A program made the translations under genes and the position numbers. This document shows positions 19,543 to 28,964 of a stretch of 64,000 nucleotides of DNA, piece by piece. Within the stretch, counting starts at the first letter, position 1. The number at the start of each line of letters is the position of its first letter. The notes under the pieces were generated by a model. The model saw only the letters and a program-made list of their open reading frames with translations. It was not told where the DNA came from and searched no databases. Origin of the DNA: Planctomycetota bacterium (GTDB taxonomy: Bacteria > Planctomycetota > UBA1135 > UBA2386); NCBI GenBank assembly GCA_947501605.1, contig CANMWZ010000003.1, forward strand, positions 192,001-256,000, written 5' to 3'.

Positions 19543-20904
19543 ATGGGCCGCATTCACGATTCGATCCTCACGACCGTCGGTAACACCCCGGTCGTCCGCC
19601 TCGCCCGGCTCGGCCGCGATCTGCCGGTCGAACTGCTCGCCAAGTGCGAGTTCATGAACCCGGGCGGCTCCGTCAAGGACCGGATCGGCATCCGAATGCT
19701 GCTCGACGCCGAGAAGGCTGGCCGCATCAAACCGGGCGACACGCTCATCGAGCCGACGTCCGGCAACACTGGGATCGGCATCGCCCTCGCCGGTGCAGTT
19801 CGAGGCTATCGCGTGATCATCACGATGCCCGAGAAGATGTCCCGCGAGAAGCAGGTCGTGCTCGAAGCCCTCGGTGCCGAGATCATTCGCACGCCAACTG
19901 AGGCAGCCTGGGACGCGCCGGAGAGCCATATTGGCGTCGCGCGACGCCTGAAGCAGGTCATTCCGAACTCCCACATCCTCGATCAATACGGCAACCCGAG
20001 CAACCCGCTCGCCCATTACGAAGGCACCGGTCGCGAGATCGTCGAGCAGTGCGACGGCAAGCTGGATGCCGTCGTCATGACCGCCGGTACCGGTGGCACC
20101 ATCACCGGTGTGGCACGAGCTGTGAAGGAACGCATTCCCGGGTGCCAGATCGTCGGCGTCGACCCCGAGGGCTCGATCCTCGCCGGACCAGCGCAGATCA
20201 AGAGCTACAAGGTCGAAGGCATCGGCTACGACTTCATCCCGGATGTGCTCGACCTCTCGTCGGTGGATCGCTGGGTCAAGAGCAACGACAAGGACAGCTT
20301 CCGCGTCGCCCGCCAGCTCATCCGCCAAGAAGGTCTCTTGGTCGGCGGCAGTTGCGGCGCCGCAGTCTGGGCCGGCATGCAGATCGCCAAGGACTTCAAG
20401 CCTGGCGCTCGGATCCTGTGCATCCTGTCCGACTCGATTCGCAACTACCTGACGAAGTTCGTCGACGATCGCTGGATGCGCGAGAACGGCTTCCTCGAGG
20501 AGGATTGGGCCGTTGGCACCATCGAAGAACTGCTGCGCGCGATGCCTGGTCGCAAGGTCGTCACGATCGATGTCGGCGACGAACTCAAGAATGCGATCGC
20601 ACTCTTCAAGCAACACGGCTTCTCGCAGTTGCCGGTCACGGACCGCGGCGTGCTCGCCGGCATCTTGACGGAGGCGGACGCGCTGCGTGGCCTCGTCGAA
20701 GGCCGAGCATCGGGTAGCACGCGCATCGCCGAAGTCATGGTCCGCAAAGTCAGCACCATCGCGGCGCACGCGCCTTCCGCAGAACTCCCGCGGATCTTCG
20801 AACGCGGCGAAGTGGCGCTCGTCGTCGACCAGAACAGCGCCGTACTCGGGCTGATCACGAAGCTGGACATGATCGAGCACTTGACGCGACGCCCCACGGT
20901 CTGA
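19543..20904 (+). CDS. cbs: Cystathionine beta-synthase (PLP domain + CBS pair)
   Basis: KCEFMNPGGSVKDRI, EPTSGNTG, GTGGTITG, YKVEGIGYDFIP, DSIRNYLTKF, C-terminal GFSQLPV CBS domains. Confidence 0.92.
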   Translation: MGRIHDSILTTVGNTPVVRLARLGRDLPVELLAKCEFMNPGGSVKDRIGIRMLLDAEKAGRIKPGDTLIEPTSGNTGIGIALAGAVRGYRVIITMPEKMSREKQVVLEALGAEIIRTPTEAAWDAPESHIGVARRLKQVIPNSHILDQYGNPSNPLAHYEGTGREIVEQCDGKLDAVVMTAGTGGTITGVARAVKERIPGCQIVGVDPEGSILAGPAQIKSYKVEGIGYDFIPDVLDLSSVDRWVKSNDKDSFRVARQLIRQEGLLVGGSCGAAVWAGMQIAKDFKPGARILCILSDSIRNYLTKFVDDRWMRENGFLEEDWAVGTIEELLRAMPGRKVVTIDVGDELKNAIALFKQHGFSQLPVTDRGVLAGILTEADALRGLVEGRASGSTRIAEVMVRKVSTIAAHAPSAELPRIFERGEVALVVDQNSAVLGLITKLDMIEHLTRRPTV

Positions 20905-21087
20905 GCCGCGCCCGTCCGTGTGCAGGATGACCCGCCCCCCGTCGCGGGGCGTCGCGCCACCGTGGATTTGGCCGTCGAGTTGCCAGTCACTGCGCCGCGG
21001 GCCGCCATGTCATCGGCGGCTCGTGGAGCGCTGCTGTCGCGCGAAAGAAGATCGAAATCGCTTCGTCCCCGCTGCGCCGACGCGACC

Positions 21088-21112
21088 TATACTCCTGTGG
21101 CAAGTCTCGTGC
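21088..21112 (+). promoter_or_regulatory. Putative sigma70 -10 followed by a sigma54 -24/-12-like site upstream of rpoN
   Basis: TATACT (21088-21093) then TGGCAAGTCTCGTGC (21098-21112), which has GG-N10-GC spacing. Confidence 0.4.
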
Positions 21113-21183
21113 CTGAAGGCCACTTTGCTGGCCTTGCACGGTGACCCGCATTCCCAACCTAGCTATCTCCTCCTGTGTCGTCG

Positions 21184-22611
21184 ATGCGCCTTGGTCTGAC
21201 TCAGAGCCTGCGAACCGAGCAGCGGCTCATGCAGTCGCCGCAGATGATCCAGGCGATGCAGATCCTTCAGACTCCACTCCTGGAGCTGAAAGACCAGATC
21301 GAGCAGGAACTGCAGGAAAACGTCTTCCTCGAGCTGAAAGACGACCCGCGGGAGAACCAAGAGCGACCCGAGCCGCTGCCGGCGCTCGAAGAGAAGATGC
21401 AGCGGGAGTTCAGCGACCAGCTGGACCAGTTGGAACTGCGCATGGGCCCGGGACAGCGCGGCCTCTCCGGTAGTTCTGGCGGCAGCTCCCACGACGAGGA
21501 GGACCGTAAACAGAGCGCGTTGAACAACACGGCTGGGCACGACATGTCGTTGCCCGAGCACTTGATGTCGCAGGCGCGAATCCTGGACCTCGACGAAGAC
21601 CTGCTGCACTTGGTCGAGCACGTCATCTACTCGCTCGACGCCGACGCCAAGCTGCAAGACACCGCCGAGCAGGTTGCCCAGCAGATGCTGGTCCCGATCC
21701 CCCTCGCCGAGAAGGCGATCCAGATCGTCCGCAGCCTCGAACCAACCGGCGTCGCCGCACGCGATCTGCGCGACCGCCTGCTGATGCAGCTCGATCGACT
21801 CGAGTATGTGCGCCCACTGACTCGGATACTGGTCGCCAACTACCTCGAGGATGTTGCCCGCAACAAGCTGCCGAAGATCTGCAAGGAAACCGGCGCGACC
21901 ATCGACGAGATCAAGGACAGCATCGAGTACCTGCGCCACGCCTGCGATCCCAACCCGGCGAGCGCATTCGACCAGAACACCAACTCCGGGGTGATCCCCG
22001 ACGTCGTGGTGCTGGAAAACGACGGCAAGTACGAGGTCAAGTCACAGCGCGGCTCCGTCCCCGAGCTGTCACTCTCGCCGCGCTACCGCGAGATGCTGAA
22101 AGAGGCGAAGTCCGACCCGCAGATCTACGAGTATCTGCGGCGCAAAATCGAGGCGGCCAAGTGGTTCATCGAAGCGGTGCACCAGCGCCAGAGCACGATC
22201 GAACGCATCGCCGGCGAGGTCGTACGCCGCCAAGACGGTTTCTTGCGCCACGGCGTCCAGCAACTGAAGCCGATGAAGATGCAGGACATCGCCGACACGG
22301 TCGGAGTTCACATCTCGACGGTGAGCCGTGCGATCTCCGGCAAGTTCATCGAGACGCCACAGGGCATCTTCGACATGAAGCGCTTCTTCAGCGGCGGCAC
22401 GCAAAACGACGACGGCGCGATGGTCAGCCAGCAGGCCGTGAAGGACACGCTGAAGCACATCGTCGAAGGCGAGGACAAGAGCAACCCACTGAGCGACGAC
22501 CAGCTGGTCCTGGAACTCAGCAAGAAGGGTGTGCACATTGCCCGCCGTACCGTGACCAAGTACCGCAAGGCGCTCCACATCGATTCGTCGACGCGCCGAC
22601 GTCAGTTTTGA
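21184..22611 (+). CDS. rpoN: RNA polymerase sigma-54 factor
   Basis: Gln/Leu-rich region I (SPQMIQAMQILQ), HTH GVHISTVSRA, PLSDDQL, RpoN box ARRTVTKYR. Confidence 0.97.
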   Translation: MRLGLTQSLRTEQRLMQSPQMIQAMQILQTPLLELKDQIEQELQENVFLELKDDPRENQERPEPLPALEEKMQREFSDQLDQLELRMGPGQRGLSGSSGGSSHDEEDRKQSALNNTAGHDMSLPEHLMSQARILDLDEDLLHLVEHVIYSLDADAKLQDTAEQVAQQMLVPIPLAEKAIQIVRSLEPTGVAARDLRDRLLMQLDRLEYVRPLTRILVANYLEDVARNKLPKICKETGATIDEIKDSIEYLRHACDPNPASAFDQNTNSGVIPDVVVLENDGKYEVKSQRGSVPELSLSPRYREMLKEAKSDPQIYEYLRRKIEAAKWFIEAVHQRQSTIERIAGEVVRRQDGFLRHGVQQLKPMKMQDIADTVGVHISTVSRAISGKFIETPQGIFDMKRFFSGGTQNDDGAMVSQQAVKDTLKHIVEGEDKSNPLSDDQLVLELSKKGVHIARRTVTKYRKALHIDSSTRRRQF

Positions 22612-22748
22612 ACCCGACCACGCGCGCTCGGGTGCGCCTTCTCGACTGAGGCCTCTTCTGCGGGCCGCTTGGCCGCGATATCGTGCCCCGCCTCAAGAAG
22701 GGCCTGCGCCCGCTGCATCCGCTCCACCAAGACTCAACGTCGAAAGCC

Positions 22749-23309
22749 ATGGCGATCCGCGTCACAGAAGCCAAGAGAGGCATGGTCATCCGCTTCGAGG
22801 GTGATCTCTATCAGGTCACCAAGTACGACCACGTGACGCCAGGCAACTGGCGCGCGATCCACCACCTCAACCTGAAGAACTTGAAGACGGGGCGGCAGAA
22901 GGACGTCCGCATGAACACCAGCGATCAGATCGAACCGGTCTATCTGGACTCGCGCGAATCCCAGTACCTTTTCAAGGACTCGCTTGGCTTCACGTTCATG
23001 GACAACGAGACGTTCGAGCAGTTCGTGCTCAGCGCCGACGTGATCGGTGATGCGATGCAGTACATCACCGACAACAGCACCGTGACGGTGGTCTTCTGCG
23101 AGAGTGAGGCGCTCACCGTGCAGTTGCCACCGACCGTGGCACTCGAGATCATCGAGACCGAGAATGCCGCGCGTGGCGACACCGTCAGCAGTTTGAACAA
23201 GCCCGCCAAGCTGAGCACGGGACTCGAGATCAAGGTCCCGGGCCACATCAAGGTCGGGGAGATCGTCAAGGTGAACACCGAGACCGGTGAGTTCCTCGGC
23301 CGCGCCTGA
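22749..23309 (+). CDS. efp: Elongation factor P
   Basis: HVTPGNWRA loop, QYLFKD, FMDNETFEQ, RGDT, KPAKLSTGLEIKVP, VNTETGEFLGRA. Confidence 0.93.
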   Translation: MAIRVTEAKRGMVIRFEGDLYQVTKYDHVTPGNWRAIHHLNLKNLKTGRQKDVRMNTSDQIEPVYLDSRESQYLFKDSLGFTFMDNETFEQFVLSADVIGDAMQYITDNSTVTVVFCESEALTVQLPPTVALEIIETENAARGDTVSSLNKPAKLSTGLEIKVPGHIKVGEIVKVNTETGEFLGRA

Positions 23310-23346
23310 CGCCCGACGGACCGCCGGCAGCCGCCCCTAAGACCCC

Positions 23347-23583
23347 ATGCAGAACCCGATCCGCTTCCTGTGCGCCATCCTGATCGCGACTGCGGTCGCT
23401 CTACTCATCTACAGCTTGGCTGTCGACGTGAAGGAGTATCGCGCACCTGCAGGCATTGATTTCCTCCTCGCGACACCGACCGAGTGCGCCGCTTGGGGAG
23501 GGGGTCTCCTCGTGTTTGGCCTGTTGTTGCTCGTGATGTTCGGCGGTCGCAGCCAAGGCTTCGATAAGCCCGGAAAGCCGTAG
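23347..23583 (+). CDS. Small two-TM membrane protein
   Basis: 78 aa with two hydrophobic helices, directly after efp on the same strand. Confidence 0.65.
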   Translation: MQNPIRFLCAILIATAVALLIYSLAVDVKEYRAPAGIDFLLATPTECAAWGGGLLVFGLLLLVMFGGRSQGFDKPGKP

Positions 23584-23589
23584 CACCGC

Positions 23590-23623
23590 CCCGAACGTCC
23601 ACGCTGCCCGAACGTCCACGCTG
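23590..23623. repeat. 17-bp tandem repeat, 2 copies
   Basis: CCCGAACGTCCACGCTG at 23590 and 23607. Confidence 0.9.
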
Positions 23624-23642
23624 GTCGGAAGCTGGACCAGCG

Positions 23643-23730
23643 GTGCCTCCTCTGCAGGCTCAGGCCTGCAGTGCCTCCTGTGCAGGCTCACGCCTGCAGT
23701 GCCTCCTGTGCAGGCTCACGCCTGCAGTGC
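23643..23730. repeat. 28-bp tandem repeat, 3 copies, each with an internal hairpin
   Basis: GTGCCTCCTGTGCAGGCTCACGCCTGCA at 23643 (2 mismatches), 23671 and 23699; contains the TGCAGGC-N4-GCCTGCA inverted repeat. Confidence 0.95.
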
Positions 23731-24975
23731 GGCGAGGACTTCGGCGCGCAACAGGGACCGCTCCTGACACAACCGACGCAATTCGTCGTCCTCCGGTCGC
23801 GCAACCAAGGCACCCGAAGGCAACCGCGCGCATTTGAACACGACCTCACCCAACGCGGTCGAACGCGTTTCCTGCCAACGCTCCACCACCGAGCGCTCCA
23901 TTCGGTGTCGGCGCACGCCGAAGGACCCGGACTCCTCGAGCAACCAAGTCGCCATCGACTCGGCCGTGGCAAGATCGCACAGAATCGTCAGTAGATAGCC
24001 CGGGCGGCCCTTCTTCATCTGCACCGCGGTCGCAAACGCATCGAGTGCCTTCCGTCGCATCGCCTCGTCGAGCAAGTAGCCGAGGTGCTCCCCGGTGGCC
24101 GTGTCGAGCTGGCACTGCAGTTCTTCGATCTGCGCGACCGAGCCAGGGTCGCGCAACGCACCAACCGTGAGTCGCAGCAGATTGGGCACTTCGGCATCGT
24201 CGCGGGTGCCGGCGCCGTAGCCGACGCGCTGCGGGACGAAGGCTAGCTTCGGTTCGAACTCGGCGACCAGAGCGCGCAACAGCGCGGCGCCGGTCGGCGT
24301 CGTGCGCTCGCCGACAAGGCCTCCGATCCGCACGGGTACACCGAACAGCAACTCGAGCGTCGCTGGCGCCGGCACTGGCAAGATTCCGTGCGCCGCCCGC
24401 ACCGTCCCGGAACCAACCGCGACCGCCGAACTGTAGAGTCGCTCGATGCCCAGCATGTGCGTGCCCGCGCACGCGCACACGATGTCCACGATCGTGTCCT
24501 CGGCGCCGACTTCGTGAAAGTGCACCTGCTCGATCGTGGTGGCGTGCGCCTTGGCTTCGACCTCGGCAATCGCTTCGAAGGTCGCGATGCAGCTACGTTC
24601 CACTGGCGCTGGCAGCTTGGCTCGCTGCAGGATCGAGAGGATGTCCGCCAGACCGCGATGGGAGTGCGTCGTCAACGCGGCTGTGGTTGGTCGCAGCGGC
24701 ATGGTCGGTAGCGGCTTCAGCATCGGTGCAGTCGCGCGCGGCTGCTTGCCGTCCTCCAAGGCCCGCCCAGGTTCTGTGCCGTAGAGTTCGACCACGAAGC
24801 GCGTGCCAGCGATGCTGGCCCGCAGGACGCGTTCGCTTCGAATCGTCACGCCGGGTAGCTGCAACGAGGCTGCGACCTCGCGGAGTGCCTCGAGCGACAG
24901 GCCCGCATCGAGCAGGGCACCAACCCACATGTCGCCGGAGACCCCCGAGAAACAATCCAGATAGCCGATCCGCAT
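23716..24975 (-). CDS. larC: Nickel pincer cofactor nickel-insertion protein LarC
   Basis: YLDCFSGVSGDM, VHFHEVGA.DTIVD, AHGILPVPAPAT, TTPTGAA, GYGAG, MKKGRPG. Confidence 0.93.
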   Translation of the reverse strand: MRIGYLDCFSGVSGDMWVGALLDAGLSLEALREVAASLQLPGVTIRSERVLRASIAGTRFVVELYGTEPGRALEDGKQPRATAPMLKPLPTMPLRPTTAALTTHSHRGLADILSILQRAKLPAPVERSCIATFEAIAEVEAKAHATTIEQVHFHEVGAEDTIVDIVCACAGTHMLGIERLYSSAVAVGSGTVRAAHGILPVPAPATLELLFGVPVRIGGLVGERTTPTGAALLRALVAEFEPKLAFVPQRVGYGAGTRDDAEVPNLLRLTVGALRDPGSVAQIEELQCQLDTATGEHLGYLLDEAMRRKALDAFATAVQMKKGRPGYLLTILCDLATAESMATWLLEESGSFGVRRHRMERSVVERWQETRSTALGEVVFKCARLPSGALVARPEDDELRRLCQERSLLRAEVLAALQA

Positions 24976-25103
24976 GATTGAGGAACGGACTTTGCTCGGC
25001 ACCGACCCGCAGAACAACAGCCTGCCCCGGTGCCCGGCGCAGAACCGCATGCTCCGCCCCCGTAGCGTCGGTTCCGCTGCAGCAGAGGCAACCCTTGCTG
25101 ACC

Positions 25104-26606
25104 ATGGCCACAGCCTCAATATGCCGCACTGGATTCGCTCGGCGGCTGCGCGAAGTCGCTCGCGCGGCCCTCGACGACGTCGCGATGCTGGCGGTCGGGT
25201 TCCTGTTGAGCGGATCGATGGCCTCGCCGACGCAGAGCCCGGAGCCAGAAACGGCCCTCGAACGGCTGCTTTACGCTGACGCCGAACCCCACCTGTCCGA
25301 CGCGGATCCGATCGTACGCGGCGAGGCGGCGCTGACCCTCGCGAGCGGTCGCGATCCACACGTCTATCCCGCCCTCCTGCGCGTCGCCAAGGACGCCCAC
25401 CCCGACGCTCGACTGCGCGGCATCCTCGCGCTCAGTTTCCTTGGCGCACCGGGCACCGCCCAGTTCCTCGCCAGCGTGCTCAACGACCGCGAAGCGCGAA
25501 CGGAATCCGCTGGCCTCGCAGCCGCCTATGCGCTGGCTCGATTGCCGGCCGACCAGTCCGCCTCGGTGTTGGCGTACCAATTGTCGCGGCTCTCGGAGTC
25601 GAGCTACAAACGGCAGCGAGACGTGCTGCTCGCCTTGCTCGCCGGACTCCTGCAGCGCGATCCAACCGACCAATGCGCACCGTTGCAGCGGCTGCTCAAC
25701 GACGCCTCGCAGAAGGACCCGCGCTCCCGCTCGGCGCTGCTGACGGCGCTCGGTCCGATCGGAACGGCGGCGACACAGCCATGGATCGAGAGCAGCCTCG
25801 CATCGCGAAGCCCGGAACTCCGACTCGCGGCGCTCTCGGCGTTGTCGTTCCCGCCAGGAGCCGAGGATTCGTTCGCCGCAGCAGCAGTGCGCCTCTGCGG
25901 GCACGACCCAGAACCGAGAGTCCGCACTGCCGCGCTGGCCCATCTGACCCGCATGCGGCACCTGCCGGCACTCGATTTGTCCGCAACCGCCCTCCGCAGC
26001 ATCGACGCCGGTGAAGTCGCGCAGGCCGTACGCACTGCCATCCAATTGGGCGGCAACCCGATGCGGCACACCCTCGAACGGCAGTTCGAGTATCTGGAGC
26101 CCCACGCACAGCGGGCGGTGTTGCAGGCGCTTTCGTCCTTGGACAACTCGATCTCGGACGAGTTTGCGGACACCTGCCGGGCGCTGACCTTCGATGCAAC
26201 CCGCCCTGCAGACCTGCGTGCGGCGGCAGCACTGTTGCTCTGCAAGCACGCCGATCAAGCACCCACGGCGGCTCTCGATACGGCCTTTGCTTCCGTGCAC
26301 GATCCGCGCACCTTGACCGACCTGGCACGCGCTCGGAGCGCGAACGGCGGCGCGCACGAACTACTGCGGTTCGTGGTGTTGCCCTGCAAACTCGACGAGG
26401 AGCAGCTTCAGACTGACCGCTTGACGGCACTGTTGCGCGCCGACTCGTCCCACGCCAGTCGCCGGTGCATCGAATGGTTGCGGGAAGAGGATCTCGGCCG
26501 CAGCAGGGCGGTAGTACTCCGGGCGCTGCGCCAGAGCCGGTTGCCGACGCAGACGGAACCGTCGCGCGACTTCGTTCCCGCCGCCCTACGGTTGGTCCTG
26601 CACTGA
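25104..26606 (+). CDS. HEAT-repeat protein, probably exported
   Basis: Repeated D.DP.VR.EAA.AL-type motifs; start uncertain (25104 or 25185). Confidence 0.75.
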   Translation: MATASICRTGFARRLREVARAALDDVAMLAVGFLLSGSMASPTQSPEPETALERLLYADAEPHLSDADPIVRGEAALTLASGRDPHVYPALLRVAKDAHPDARLRGILALSFLGAPGTAQFLASVLNDREARTESAGLAAAYALARLPADQSASVLAYQLSRLSESSYKRQRDVLLALLAGLLQRDPTDQCAPLQRLLNDASQKDPRSRSALLTALGPIGTAATQPWIESSLASRSPELRLAALSALSFPPGAEDSFAAAAVRLCGHDPEPRVRTAALAHLTRMRHLPALDLSATALRSIDAGEVAQAVRTAIQLGGNPMRHTLERQFEYLEPHAQRAVLQALSSLDNSISDEFADTCRALTFDATRPADLRAAAALLLCKHADQAPTAALDTAFASVHDPRTLTDLARARSANGGAHELLRFVVLPCKLDEEQLQTDRLTALLRADSSHASRRCIEWLREEDLGRSRAVVLRALRQSRLPTQTEPSRDFVPAALRLVLH

Positions 26607-26639
26607 GCACCCGCCGAACGAGCCCGCCGCCAATTGCGA

Positions 26640-28076
26640 TCAGCCGAGCAGTCGTCGCGACAGATCCGTCTGCAGCATCCCTCGCGGATCGACTCGATGC
26701 TTCAAGGCGCGGAAGGTGCTCACCGCTTCCGCTCCGTGAATGCGCGGGAACGACGACGCGAGCAGCATGGCGTCTTTGGCGTAGTAGAAGCGCCCGCCGA
26801 CGTCCAGCACGGCCTCACTGAGACGTTGGCACAGCGACCACAGCGCGGCCCGCTTCCGCGGACTGGTGGACACCGCGAAGTCCATGGCCATGGAATAGCC
26901 ATCGACCGAGTGCGTCATGAGGAAGGGATCAGGACGGTGCCGCTTCAGGACCCCGAGATAGGGCACCATCGAAGCCTCGTGGCACCGCTCGACCAGGGTC
27001 CGAAGCACCCGCTCTGCGTGCGCCTTCGGCACGAACGGTTGGAACTGGATGAGGCCGCCGGGCTTTGTCATCCAGTGCCAACGCGGCACGTAGTCGAGCA
27101 AGAAGTGGAAGGCACAGTGGCTCTGCAGGTATGGCGACTTGCGTTGTTCGCTCGGGCCAGCCTTGAACTTCAGGGCATTGACGAGCCCGACCTGGCCGAG
27201 CTTCACCGCACCCCACATGCCGGGCCACAGCCACCCTTTGGGCACCACGCCGAAGAGCGTCGTCGGCACGTCTTGCAAGATGGGATCGAAGTAGCGGACA
27301 CCCTCGGGATCCGCGCCGGGCTGCATCTGGTCCGCTCGATGCAGCACACCGCGGCCAAGCTCGGCCCCCCGTGCGTGCAAATCGATCCAGCTCACCAGGT
27401 AGTCCGCCTCGGTCTGCATCTCTTCGAGGAGCTCCAAGTTCTGCCCCAGGTCCTTGGCAACGATCGCGGAAACGCTGAGGCGCCCCGAGTGCACGCGCTT
27501 CATCTCGAGCTCGAGTTCGAGGAAGCAGCCGAACATGCCAAAGCCCGAGATCGCGGCGAAGAACAGATCCTGATTTTGCTCGCGCGTGCAGCGCGCCGTC
27601 GACCCATCGGGAAGCAACAGAGTGAAGGCGCGGATGCACTCGCCGAACGACCCGACCGCAAAGTTGTTCTTGCCGTGGATGTTCATCGCAGCAGCACCGC
27701 CGATGGACACCTGCATCGTTCCAGGAACGACCTTGGGCCAGAATCCGAACTGGATCGCGTGCCGCCACAGATCGCGGATTGTCACGCCGGGCTCGACGCG
27801 AGCGATCCCGTGGATGGGGTCAAACGACAGGATCCGGTTCATGCGCGACAGGTCGAGCACATGGCCGCCGTTGTTCTGCGCCGCATCCCCATAACTGCAG
27901 CCGGAGCCTCGCAGCGCCAGACTGCCGCCGCTTTTGCGCACCTCCTCGAATGCGAGCGCGACGCCCTCGGCATTCGCTGGACGCACGACACGGGCACGGC
28001 TGCGAACAGCCATCCCCCAGCCCCGCACTTCCTCGTCGTTCCAGCCCAGTGTCATGTTGGTTCCGTCCAGAGCCAC
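26640..28076 (-). CDS. FAD-binding oxidoreductase, DprE1-like (decaprenylphosphoryl-ribose 2'-oxidase family)
   Basis: RGSGCSYGDAAQN, VPGTMQVSIGG...NIHGKN, GGRFYYAKDA, DP...QTDLSRRL. Confidence 0.85.
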   Translation of the reverse strand: MALDGTNMTLGWNDEEVRGWGMAVRSRARVVRPANAEGVALAFEEVRKSGGSLALRGSGCSYGDAAQNNGGHVLDLSRMNRILSFDPIHGIARVEPGVTIRDLWRHAIQFGFWPKVVPGTMQVSIGGAAAMNIHGKNNFAVGSFGECIRAFTLLLPDGSTARCTREQNQDLFFAAISGFGMFGCFLELELEMKRVHSGRLSVSAIVAKDLGQNLELLEEMQTEADYLVSWIDLHARGAELGRGVLHRADQMQPGADPEGVRYFDPILQDVPTTLFGVVPKGWLWPGMWGAVKLGQVGLVNALKFKAGPSEQRKSPYLQSHCAFHFLLDYVPRWHWMTKPGGLIQFQPFVPKAHAERVLRTLVERCHEASMVPYLGVLKRHRPDPFLMTHSVDGYSMAMDFAVSTSPRKRAALWSLCQRLSEAVLDVGGRFYYAKDAMLLASSFPRIHGAEAVSTFRALKHRVDPRGMLQTDLSRRLLG

Positions 28077-28826
28077 TCAGATCGACAAACGACGGAACAC
28101 GACCGAAGGGATGTTGCGGATCACGAACATGATCGCTCGCCATTTCCATGGCACGTAGACGATCGATCGTCTGCCATCGCGCGCACGCAGCACCAGTTCG
28201 GCGGCGCTGTCTGCACTGATCGCGCCCTTCAACTTCAAGTTCGAGGTCATCGGCGTCTCGACAAACCCGGGGCGGACCGTCGTGACTTGCACGCCGTGGC
28301 GCCACAAACGGTTTCGCAGACCCTCGAGGAAGGTATCCATCGCCGCCTTGCTGGCGTTGTAGCCTGGGCGCTGGCAACGACCGCGGTCCTGGGCCACCGA
28401 GCTGATGCCGACGATGCAGCCGTGCTTCTTCGGCAAGAATCGGCGCGCTGCCGCGTTGGCCCACGCCATGCAACCGAGAGCGTTGACTTGCAGCTGCAGT
28501 CGATCCTTGTCGAAGTCGAACTCATCGAGGGCGACTTGCGACATCACCCCGGCGACGTAGTGGAGTTCGTCGACGGCACCGAGTTCCGCTTCGATCCTGG
28601 CAAAGAGGGCCTCGACTTCATCGGCGTTGCAAGCATCGTGCACGAACGGGAACGCAGCCTTGCGTCCCAGGGCGTCGTCGATGCCCGCCGCCATCGCAGT
28701 GAGTTCGTCATGCCGACGCGCCAGCATCGCGACCTTGCGACCCTGAAGACACAGCCGACGAGCAAGGGCCACGCCGATGCCGGAGCTGGCGCCCACCACA
28801 ATGCAAACTCCACCGCGCGTAGTCAT
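28077..28826 (-). CDS. Short-chain dehydrogenase, DprE2-like
   Basis: VGASSGIG, ISSVAQDRGR, YNASK, VRPGFVETPMT, FVIRNIP; abuts the DprE1-like gene. Confidence 0.82.
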   Translation of the reverse strand: MTTRGGVCIVVGASSGIGVALARRLCLQGRKVAMLARRHDELTAMAAGIDDALGRKAAFPFVHDACNADEVEALFARIEAELGAVDELHYVAGVMSQVALDEFDFDKDRLQLQVNALGCMAWANAAARRFLPKKHGCIVGISSVAQDRGRCQRPGYNASKAAMDTFLEGLRNRLWRHGVQVTTVRPGFVETPMTSNLKLKGAISADSAAELVLRARDGRRSIVYVPWKWRAIMFVIRNIPSVVFRRLSI

Positions 28827-28964
28827 CGTCTAGAGCAGACGCGGCGCATCCATAGAAAGCAAACTCGCCGATCGATGCCAGCCGGGTTCCGCTCGCCGCA
28901 CTGCCGCCCGCGGCAGAACACATCCTGGCGGGCTGGCAGTGATGGAGAGGCCTTGCAGCGGCGG

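Noticed and set aside
19408..20880. 490-aa antisense ORF over cbs (likewise 36636-38441 and 53174-54949)
   Set aside because: Same shadow-ORF artefact opposite well-supported genes
23643..23730. Palindromic 28-bp repeats as a mini CRISPR array
   Set aside because: The units are directly contiguous with no spacers, there are no cas genes, and the repeat overlaps the larC 3' end
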